Shown in pieces: positions 27,675-34,862 of a stretch of 40,110 bases of DNA. The DNA comes from a virus. Its lineage: Duplodnaviria; Caudoviricetes. The notes under the pieces are model-generated. The model was not told the DNA's origin. It did not search any database and saw only the letters and a program-made list of their open reading frames with translations. Every line of letters begins with the position of its first letter. Position 1 is the stretch's first letter. The translations under genes and the position numbers were made by a program. The stretch spans positions 1-40,110 of IMG/VR virus record IMGVR_UViG_3300016636_000068; one strand, written 5' to 3'.

Positions 27675-28083
27675 TGGGTAGTTCAGGCCACTTCTTATCT
27701 AATACAAGAATTGCAATAGCAGAATAGTTCATCAAATCTACAAAGGAATCTCTCAAGGATTCGTTGGAGGGGTGAGCGCCGCTATCGAGGAGATTATTGA
27801 TGCGAGCAATTTTGTCCCACATCCGCACTCGGAGTCCATTGAGTGCGCCACCTGGACTATGAGCGATGTTCTTCGGACCGTAATCGTGATGCTTTCTGAG
27901 CAAGAGCGAGCCTGCGGTGTCATAGATTCTCCAGACATCTTCGACAAACTGTCCACTTACTTTCTTGCTGGCATCGGTTGACAGGTAATAGTCCCAGCCT
28001 TGTAATCTATCGCTACTATTATCATCCCCATATCCATCAATAATCTGGCTGCCTCTTGGAGATCCTTTTTCTTGCTCACTCAC
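27667..28083 (-). CDS. Nucleotide-modification-associated domain 1-like (DUF1599) protein
   Basis: KHHDYG...RMWDKIARINNL...ESLRDSFVDLMNYS. Confidence 0.7.
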   Translation of the reverse strand: MSEQEKGSPRGSQIIDGYGDDNSSDRLQGWDYYLSTDASKKVSGQFVEDVWRIYDTAGSLLLRKHHDYGPKNIAHSPGGALNGLRVRMWDKIARINNLLDSGAHPSNESLRDSFVDLMNYSAIAILVLDKKWPELPND

Positions 28084-28724
28084 TTTGCTCCTCCTACTAG
28101 GTTGGCTGTTGCTTCTTTTCCATTCACCAGATAGAAGTCTGTTATGTCCATACCTGGTGGTAATTGTACGATTTGTGAGTTCGTAACCTCACCTGCGACA
28201 CGCCTAGAGAACTCTGCTCCAGGATTTGTGCCGTCATCTTTTACATCATTGTCTCCGAGAATATACACAACATCAAAGCCACCGAATAGTTTGGGATAGA
28301 AAGGCTTCCACGCCGCTACTCCAGGTACTCCTACTGCTGGTACACCTACAACTGCATCCATAATAATCGCATCGAACTCACCTTCACAGATGACGATGCT
28401 CTTGGTTGCAGACATTGTAGCTACAACATTGAACAGGTGAGTCTTCTGTCCTACAGGTGAGCCATACTTTGGCTTGCCATCATCAAGCCTGCGGAACTTG
28501 AAACCTACACAGAGGTCTAACGCAGTGAAGTATGGAATAGAAATCCATCCTTCATATCCTTGATGCCCTTCTATCGGATCGGTGATAGTGCCAAGGCGAT
28601 AGCGAGCAGCAACCTCTTCAGATATTCCACGTCCTGCGAGGTAGCCTAGCGCCCTGTCGCTTATTGCCTCCGCGTAATGATGAGCCGCCTCCTGCAACGA
28701 TTTCGCCTGCTCTTGCGAGAGCAT
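28080..28724 (-). CDS. DNA primase, Toprim part
   Basis: ICEGEFDA, LGDND motifs. Confidence 0.9.
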   Translation of the reverse strand: MLSQEQAKSLQEAAHHYAEAISDRALGYLAGRGISEEVAARYRLGTITDPIEGHQGYEGWISIPYFTALDLCVGFKFRRLDDGKPKYGSPVGQKTHLFNVVATMSATKSIVICEGEFDAIIMDAVVGVPAVGVPGVAAWKPFYPKLFGGFDVVYILGDNDVKDDGTNPGAEFSRRVAGEVTNSQIVQLPPGMDITDFYLVNGKEATANLVGGAK

Positions 28725-28995
28725 CTTTGAACCCCACATTCTCTAATTCCATAATGACATTGACTGCATTGCCACCCTTGCCACAGGTGTGACAGTAATA
28801 CAAATTGTTATATGTATCGATGACTGCACTCTTGCGAGAGTCATCGTGCATACAACAGCGCACCGATACATTGCGCCCCTCTTTTACTTCTCCTCCAAAG
28901 TGCCTGACTACTTCAGCTATGGAGACTGTGTTTGCATCGGAGCTGGCTTTTGACCTCTTCGTACGAACCACCCTGGACCAGTCTTGTGCTGGCAT
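28618..28995 (-). CDS. DNA primase CHC2 zinc-finger part
   Basis: CCMHDDSRKS...YCHTCGKGG. Confidence 0.85.
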   Translation of the reverse strand: MPAQDWSRVVRTKRSKASSDANTVSIAEVVRHFGGEVKEGRNVSVRCCMHDDSRKSAVIDTYNNLYYCHTCGKGGNAVNVIMELENVGFKDALARAGEIVAGGGSSLRGGNKRQGARLPRRTWNI

Positions 28996-29093
28996 CCGCA
29001 GTCTCCTTCACACTTCTCGTGAAACTCTTTGGCTAGGTCAGTCTTACCAATGGTGTTGTGATGACCTGCCCAACAACAACTACTGCAGATCAT
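28917..29093 (-). CDS. 58-aa Cys/His-rich protein (not in ORF track)
   Basis: MICSSCCWAG...HEKCEGDCGCQH. Confidence 0.6.
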   Translation of the reverse strand: MICSSCCWAGHHNTIGKTDLAKEFHEKCEGDCGCQHKTGPGWFVRRGQKPAPMQTQSP

Positions 29094-29208
29094 CTTCTTC
29101 TCTTTCTTCTTCTTTCTCTTCTACCTCAGTCGGTTCTTCTGGTAACTGCACATCTTCATCAGTCCAAATCTTGCTCGTCGTTATCTGTCCCTCTGGTACT
29201 GGCATCAT
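29080..29208 (-). CDS. 42-aa very acidic peptide (not in ORF track)
   Basis: AGGAG RBS; MMPVPEGQITTSKIWTDEDVQLPEEPTEVEEKEEEREEDDLQ. Confidence 0.6.
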   Translation of the reverse strand: MMPVPEGQITTSKIWTDEDVQLPEEPTEVEEKEEEREEDDLQ

Positions 29209-29572
29209 CTACTCCTAACTCTTCGGCTATGTTATTTACCCATTCGGATAATGTTTGTATTACCCACGCATCTGCAATGCTGGCATTCCTACGTTTGACT
29301 ATGACGAAGGCTGGTGGGTTGACGGGTAGTCCACGAGCCTTCGCATAGTTGGCTGCCTCAGTCTGAGCTTCTGCCCAGAACTGCGGAAGATTGATTGACT
29401 TACGGTTCTTACACTCCAGAATATAGGTCTGACCTGCGATTATGGTAACGATGTCACCTTCATCATTAGATCCCGCCTTGGCTAGGCGCTCAGCAAAGTG
29501 TCCCAGTTTCCTCAAGTATTTCATTACATCCGTCTCAAACTTGGAACCCTTAGCCTTATTGTATGAACTCAC
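29159..29572 (-). CDS. Holliday junction resolvase (archaeal Hjc-like PD-(D/E)XK)
   Basis: KAKGSKFE..DEGDI..ILECKN. Confidence 0.8.
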   Translation of the reverse strand: MSSYNKAKGSKFETDVMKYLRKLGHFAERLAKAGSNDEGDIVTIIAGQTYILECKNRKSINLPQFWAEAQTEAANYAKARGLPVNPPAFVIVKRRNASIADAWVIQTLSEWVNNIAEELGVDDASTRGTDNDEQDLD

Positions 29573-30402
29573 AAAGCCCTCGCTAAGTTAGAGTTATAGA
29601 CCATCCTGCCGTAAGCATCAGCGTCAGATATTTGGCAGGTGGCAAAGTTTACGAATAAACCTGCCCAGTCCTTGCCATCAACTGAATGCTTTCCGAAACG
29701 ATTCTTTACGGCTGCAACCCGAAGCGTATGCTCAAACGGGTTGTAACCCAGCGTGAGTATCAGAGCTGGCAACTGAGATACCTTACCTTGGATTGCTCGT
29801 CGGTGCGGTGGCTCAGTCATAGATCCGTACTCAGTCTGTTCTGATACGTGATGCAGAACAAGCACACAGGCTTCTGTCTTGCGTGCCATATCGTGTAGCT
29901 CCACCATTATCTGGCGTAAGCCTGCCCACTCATTATCAGATTCAGCGATGACATTCATCAGGTTATCTACGACTATCAACTGTGGTGCGATGCCATAGAG
30001 TTCAATGTAGGCCTTTACCTCTGCCTCAATATCATCAAGGTTTGGTGATGAATCAAAGACCCACTGTATGTGTGATATAGCCTGTAGATTTTCTTCATAA
30101 GCATCAGGATTGATACTCATTTGATTCTCTACAGTTTCTTGGGTGTGACCTGCTAGATGTGCTGCAGCACGCAACATCACCGTAGCAGTATCAGTATCTG
30201 CAGAAAAGAACAGAGTAGGCACCTTGGCCTTGATAGCATACACAAGAGCGAACATAGACTTTCCAGCGTTAGGTGCAGCGGCAACCATACACACTTGACC
30301 ACGCCGAAACTTTATGCCTTTAGTATCTAAGTCTTTCCACACAGTCGGAAGTGGCTGCGCCAATGTATGGGCAGTCTTCCAAGCGCGGTCTAACCTAAGC
30401 AC
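29569..30402 (-). CDS. DnaB-like replicative helicase (ATPase domain only)
   Basis: AAPNAGKS, LIVVDNL, LHH, VKNRFG. Confidence 0.85.
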   Translation of the reverse strand: MLRLDRAWKTAHTLAQPLPTVWKDLDTKGIKFRRGQVCMVAAAPNAGKSMFALVYAIKAKVPTLFFSADTDTATVMLRAAAHLAGHTQETVENQMSINPDAYEENLQAISHIQWVFDSSPNLDDIEAEVKAYIELYGIAPQLIVVDNLMNVIAESDNEWAGLRQIMVELHDMARKTEACVLVLHHVSEQTEYGSMTEPPHRRAIQGKVSQLPALILTLGYNPFEHTLRVAAVKNRFGKHSVDGKDWAGLFVNFATCQISDADAYGRMVYNSNLARAL

Positions 30403-30655
30403 TTTCCTCCCGTCGTATTACTATTCTTCTTTGTTTTCTTATCTGCTTTCGATGTGCCTCTGTAAGGCCACCCCAGATTCCGTAACGCTCGTTATGGATA
30501 CCCCATTCTGCACACTCAGCTTGATGGATACACTTACCACATATACTTCTAGCGAAGTAAGTTTCAGGTTTTGTCCCTTGTCCTGGTTCTGGAAACCAGA
30601 AGTCACCACCTGATTGAGCGCAGAGAGGATCCTCGAATTCACGAGGCTCTCGCAT
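30395..30655 (-). CDS. whiB: WhiB-family transcription factor
   Basis: C..WFP..CGKC..C..GIWGG four-Cys signature. Confidence 0.92.
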   Translation of the reverse strand: MREPREFEDPLCAQSGGDFWFPEPGQGTKPETYFARSICGKCIHQAECAEWGIHNERYGIWGGLTEAHRKQIRKQRRIVIRREESA

Positions 30656-30659
30656 TGGG

Positions 30660-31016
30660 TCATCGGACCCAGATAGTTTGGCACTTGTCAGTAGCACCCT
30701 TTGGTGCCTGACACATATAACCTTTCCAAGGACCCTTAGCACTTACGCCTTCTTTGTAAGCCATTGGTCCGTGTTTGCAGACATTAGCGCCACCTTGTGG
30801 CGCAGGTGCAGATGCTACTGGCGCAGCAGCACGTACGGGCGCAACAGATGGAGCGCCTGAGAATGATTGGCTAACGCTTCCAATGAGGGCAGAAAAGTCC
30901 TGCGCTGCAGCAAGCAGCGATTCCAGTTCCTCCTTATTAGCAGCGTACAAATTGATAAGAGTTCCATCTGGTGATTTGAAATTCACCTGGAACTTTGTTG
31001 ACTCTGGTGCAGCCAT
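30660..31016 (-). CDS. Conserved actinophage protein with C-terminal CxHG zinc motif
   Basis: Ala/Pro linker then CKHG..GPWKGYMC..KC; next to exonuclease. Confidence 0.6.
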   Translation of the reverse strand: MAAPESTKFQVNFKSPDGTLINLYAANKEELESLLAAAQDFSALIGSVSQSFSGAPSVAPVRAAAPVASAPAPQGGANVCKHGPMAYKEGVSAKGPWKGYMCQAPKGATDKCQTIWVR

Positions 31017-31954
31017 TATTTATCTCCAGTCTTTTTGACGGAAAGCCTTGCGCTTTCCTTCCCTTGTTTCATCGGCACGAAGCCTAGTGCTTTCTCCACT
31101 GCTTCCTTGTCGATGGTATTACTCTGAACAGTAGACCACTTGATCTCATATCCAGTAGTAGTAACTCCAGTTTTACCAAGCAACTTATCGCGTAGTGCTT
31201 GTTTCTTTTCTTCTAATGTTTTTATTTCGGTGTCTATCTGCGTGTAATGCAACGCATCCATCGCAGCTTCGAAGTCATCAAGCTGAGGTAACTCAGACTT
31301 GGTAAGTCCTTTTTTTATACCAACGCATCCCATCTCACCAGAGGCATCATAGAATTTGCAGTAGCTTTGACAGTAGCTCTCGTGTCTTTCAGGCGCGGGA
31401 GCATCAGTCATAGTCCGAATCGCTGCTAACCAATTCAGAGCCTCTAGTGCGATGGCCTCGTCATATGGTTCGGAGTGAACAAGAATATCTCGCTCATCTC
31501 CGTCACGAGGTATAGCTACTAGGTTCACGTTCTGGACCTTCCCCAAGCCAGACTTAGAGATCAGGTAGCCATAGACTTGTACTTGCCAGCGTTGCTGTTC
31601 TGACGGAAAGTAAGAAAGGTTCTTGACTTTCGTAGTCTTCCAGTCAACGACATCCCCTGTCCCAGGAATGAAGCAATCAACGTGGGCCTTCATACCGTCA
31701 AACTCAACGGTCTTCTCCAGAAGGACCTCTTGATTCTCTGCAAGTGCATTCTCTATTGCAGCGTGAATGGCAGTCCCCATAATCGCTGCGAGTTTTACCT
31801 CGTTGTCATTGGTTTCAGGTTGATTATTCAACCGATACCAAACTTTACGGCGACAGCCACCAAGCTCTGATGGACCGATTTGAACTTGTGTGGACCTGCC
31901 ACGCTTGTTCTCTTTCTCGTGAAGAGCCTTTACAAGTAGTTCTTTTATATCCAT
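31016..31954 (-). CDS. Cas4/RecB-like PD-(D/E)XK exonuclease
   Basis: GPSELGGCRRK, GTAIH, VVDWKT, QVQVYG, C-terminal Cys cluster. Confidence 0.85.
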   Translation of the reverse strand: MDIKELLVKALHEKENKRGRSTQVQIGPSELGGCRRKVWYRLNNQPETNDNEVKLAAIMGTAIHAAIENALAENQEVLLEKTVEFDGMKAHVDCFIPGTGDVVDWKTTKVKNLSYFPSEQQRWQVQVYGYLISKSGLGKVQNVNLVAIPRDGDERDILVHSEPYDEAIALEALNWLAAIRTMTDAPAPERHESYCQSYCKFYDASGEMGCVGIKKGLTKSELPQLDDFEAAMDALHYTQIDTEIKTLEEKKQALRDKLLGKTGVTTTGYEIKWSTVQSNTIDKEAVEKALGFVPMKQGKESARLSVKKTGDK

Positions 31955-32133
31955 CCGTTGCCCTGCCATCTCGTAAGAGTTATGTTGCATACTAGCAAAT
32001 TGATTTGCAAAACTCTAGCCACTGCACGCAGTGGTTGATAATCAAATACTTTGTAATAGTCCAGTCCTAATGACCAGTTGTCGAAGTGGTGTGCATTGAT
32101 ATGCACCGTCCACACTTTCCAATCTTTTCTCAC
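31945..32133 (-). CDS. 62-aa hypothetical protein
   Basis: GGGAG RBS inside HNH 3' end; GTGA overlap. Confidence 0.6.
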   Translation of the reverse strand: MRKDWKVWTVHINAHHFDNWSLGLDYYKVFDYQPLRAVARVLQINLLVCNITLTRWQGNGWI

Positions 32134-32585
32134 GTTAGCTCCCGTCTTTGAGTAACTAATTGAATCGGACCTTTACGCAGATTGCAAATAGCGTGCGCTG
32201 GTCTTACGTTCTCCAGCGTGTCGCCACCTCCAGAAGAAATTGGAATGATGTGATCTATATGTAATCCCATATGCCAATCAGTCCCTTCTCCCTGCTTTCT
32301 TGGAGCGTCCAAATCAATTTGTTCAGAGCAAATATGACAGACTAAGCCATACAATTCAAGTACCTGAGGCTCGGAATATGGGCGTGTCTCAACTTTCCTG
32401 ATTCTTGCACGCCTACGCCTAGCACCTTCTCTGGTTTTGTGAGGATTTTCAGCGTTATATCTTTGATGATACTCACGCATTTTAGCCTTGAACTCAGGAG
32501 TCTCACGCCTTGCTTTTCTTTTTGCAACAATAGACTCCCTGTTTTTCAGGTAGTAAGCTGATTGATATTCTTTATCGTAACTCAC
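32130..32585 (-). mobile_element. Free-standing HNH endonuclease
   Basis: CHIC..HIDHIIPISSGG..ENVRPAHAICN. Confidence 0.88.
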
Positions 32586-33138
32586 AGTACTGTGTCACTA
32601 ACTGTATGGGTGGACAGGTATTTATATCGAGCATCGAGGCTATCTGAACGGCTTTCTCGGCGTGTTGGTCTACATTACCTACAGTGAGACGGCCCACGCG
32701 GTCATAAAGATAACCAAGAGCAAACTGCCCACCACTACCAAGTCCATAAATATTGGCGGACGACTGGATGAACGAGAGGTCCGTCGCAATATGGAAGAGG
32801 TTGCCATCAAACGAAACAAGGTAGTCGAACCCTGCGTCTTTTTCTTTTGTCGATTCATACGGATCATATCCATTCTCCTTGAACGCCGTGATGATGGATG
32901 GCATTACCTTGGTACCCATCCACTGAACAGGGTTAGCTCCTTTGTATACGGGTGGCTTCCAGTTGTAGGCAAGGATGTCACCAGGACGTGAGTCGCCCGT
33001 AATACCTAACAAATACTTACCGACGTGAATTATTTTCGGAGTGGATGTACTAACGGTCCTCAAGTTATCTTCGGTAATCTGAGAATCTGCAGCCATCACA
33101 ACTCGATCTTCGAGTTGCACCCCTACCAATGTTGTCAT
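32572..33138 (-). CDS. Proteasome beta/HslV-like Ntn protease
   Basis: MTTLVG..AADSQ..K..G..GSGG. Confidence 0.85.
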   Translation of the reverse strand: MTTLVGVQLEDRVVMAADSQITEDNLRTVSTSTPKIIHVGKYLLGITGDSRPGDILAYNWKPPVYKGANPVQWMGTKVMPSIITAFKENGYDPYESTKEKDAGFDYLVSFDGNLFHIATDLSFIQSSANIYGLGSGGQFALGYLYDRVGRLTVGNVDQHAEKAVQIASMLDINTCPPIQLVTQYCELR

Positions 33139-33198
33139 AGCGGAACTATACATCTCTCGGCGTGTCGTCGCGGTAGCGACACACCAGTTCATTACAAT
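33139..33198. promoter_or_regulatory. Divergent promoter pair with GACAC motifs
   Basis: minus: GACAC-11 nt-TATAGT-6 nt-ATG; plus: GACAC-10 nt-TACAAT. Confidence 0.6.
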
Positions 33199-33240
33199 AT
33201 GAGCCGTTAGGCGAATTACAGTAGCGGCCCTCACGGGCCG

Positions 33241-33492
33241 ATGGGAGTGAGGACTGTGTTGTTCCGTCTACTTCGGCTGCTGAAATATAGCCAAGACATC
33301 CCACCAATTCAAGCCTCTGACCTCCGCGATGTAGGTCCAACCCACCAGTGTGTCTGTGGTTGTACCGTCTTCAATACCTATGTCCAGTTCGAGAACTACG
33401 AGATAGTCTGGTATGCCCTTGATGTGCAGTGTGCTAACTGTGGGAACCTGCTCAAAGCTCCGTGTCCGATAGATAATCCAGAGGCGCAATGA
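33241..33492 (+). CDS. Zinc-ribbon hypothetical protein (start uncertain)
   Basis: HQCVCGC...CANCG..APCP. Confidence 0.7.
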   Translation: MGVRTVLFRLLRLLKYSQDIPPIQASDLRDVGPTHQCVCGCTVFNTYVQFENYEIVWYALDVQCANCGNLLKAPCPIDNPEAQ

Positions 33493-33872
33493 ACGAAAAA
33501 GAACTCTTTGATTATCTGAAAGACAGCAAGTTCCCCGACCTAATCAAGAGTGAAGGAACCTTCGACTCCTTCGACTGCATCTCCGATGAGTTCGGTTTCT
33601 ATATAGAACTCAAGTGCAGACATACCCACTACCCAGAACTACTGATAGAGAAATCTAAATACGACAGGCTCTTACTAGAGGCTAAGTACCGCAACCTTGA
33701 GCCTTGGTATATCAACTCTACGCCTGCTGGTAAGTGGGCCTTTGATCTCTTCAAGGTACCAGAACCTGTCTGGTCTGAGCGCTGGATGCCAGCTACCACA
33801 GAATTCAAGGACACTCGCAAGATACGCAAGGTTGTCGGGTTCATCCATACTGACTACGGAGTTTCCGTATAA
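33489..33872 (+). CDS. PD-(D/E)XK-type nuclease
   Basis: FDC..YIELKCR..LLIEKSKYD. Confidence 0.7.
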   Translation: MNEKELFDYLKDSKFPDLIKSEGTFDSFDCISDEFGFYIELKCRHTHYPELLIEKSKYDRLLLEAKYRNLEPWYINSTPAGKWAFDLFKVPEPVWSERWMPATTEFKDTRKIRKVVGFIHTDYGVSV

Positions 33873-33876
33873 ATAC

Positions 33877-33911
33877 AAAAAGAGGCCCCATCACCTTTCG
33901 GTGACAGGGCC
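33877..33911 (-). terminator. Intrinsic terminator after lysis genes
   Basis: GGCCCTGTCACC-GAAA-GGTGATGGGGCC followed by TCTTTTT on minus strand. Confidence 0.75.
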
Positions 33912-33933
33912 ATTGCCTCGCGCTATCTACAAA

Positions 33934-34119
33934 CTACGCTGCTCCGCGTCCAAAATCCTTAGCGGATGTGTCGAGGTACTTCAATACAGGACCGAGAAAT
34001 CCTGCAAGAGCTGCAGTTCCTAGAGTCTTGAGATCAGTTTCACCTGCGAGGTAGAGTGCAATAGCAGCGGAAGCTGCAGCACGAAACCACGTCAGCGATA
34101 CTTGCTTGAGTGTTTCCAT
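33934..34119 (-). CDS. Putative holin
   Basis: Two hydrophobic segments, directly after endolysin. Confidence 0.65.
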   Translation of the reverse strand: METLKQVSLTWFRAAASAAIALYLAGETDLKTLGTAALAGFLGPVLKYLDTSAKDFGRGAA

Positions 34120-34655
34120 TAGTTGCCTTTCTTTTGTTTGCTGTGAACCTTGCAGCAGGTGCAAATAGGTGCCAAATTTGATACCAAATTAGCACCTTCT
34201 GCCACCTTCTTCTTGGGCTGAGGCTGTAGGGCAGCCTTGACCTGATTCACAACTTTAGGTTGATTCATCCACCAGAACCAAGGGCTAGTGTCATTAGCGC
34301 TATCAGCGTTGATAGAAATATGAAGATGCTTAGAGTGTGAATTACTGCCAGTATAAACACGATTACCAGCGCTAGCCTTGAGGCGTGACCAAATTTTCTT
34401 ATTGAAGATAAGGTAAGCAACCCTTTCATCTTCTTTGAGTTTTTCAAATATCTCGGCACAGTCAATACCTGCCTTTGGATCGTGGGTCAGGTCTACTGCT
34501 AGGCCTGTGTTGTGATCTGAGTTAGGACTTGCCTTGATGTGAGCCTTGCTTGGTAATAGTCCATCCGATAATTTGTTGCGCTTCGGAGCAAGCGCAGTTG
34601 CCTGCCGAAGAACGGCAATAGCAGCAGGTGTTGCACGTTTTGCAACAGGTTTCAT
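34119..34655 (-). CDS. Putative endolysin (zinc peptidase M15-like)
   Basis: SDHNTGLAVD..HSKHLHIS. Confidence 0.7.
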   Translation of the reverse strand: MKPVAKRATPAAIAVLRQATALAPKRNKLSDGLLPSKAHIKASPNSDHNTGLAVDLTHDPKAGIDCAEIFEKLKEDERVAYLIFNKKIWSRLKASAGNRVYTGSNSHSKHLHISINADSANDTSPWFWWMNQPKVVNQVKAALQPQPKKKVAEGANLVSNLAPICTCCKVHSKQKKGN

Positions 34656-34658
34656 TCG

Positions 34659-34862
34659 TCACTTCCTCAATGCTTCCTTGACTAGTTCGGTAAGTAAATC
34701 TACTTTTTCTTCCAGAGCGTTTACTTTGTCCTTCATAGAACTACCGCCATTAGGCTTGAGTTCATATAAGAATGATTTGACTAACCAACGCAGTCCCATA
34801 AGAACTGTTGAGGCTATTCCAAGTATGGTGGCAACAAGCATTGCCCAGTCTGTAGGTGTCAT
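34659..34862 (-). CDS. Membrane protein of lysis module
   Basis: TM helix plus PNGGSSMKD motif typical of actinophages. Confidence 0.7.
   Translation of the reverse strand: MTPTDWAMLVATILGIASTVLMGLRWLVKSFLYELKPNGGSSMKDKVNALEEKVDLLTELVKEALRK

Noticed and set aside
29080-29208. Acidic peptide as a Pup mimic for the proteasome-like protease
   Set aside because: Lacks the C-terminal GGQ/GGE motif
31016-31954. Cas4-like gene as sign of a CRISPR system
   Set aside because: Solo Cas4-like exonucleases are routine in actinophage recombination modules
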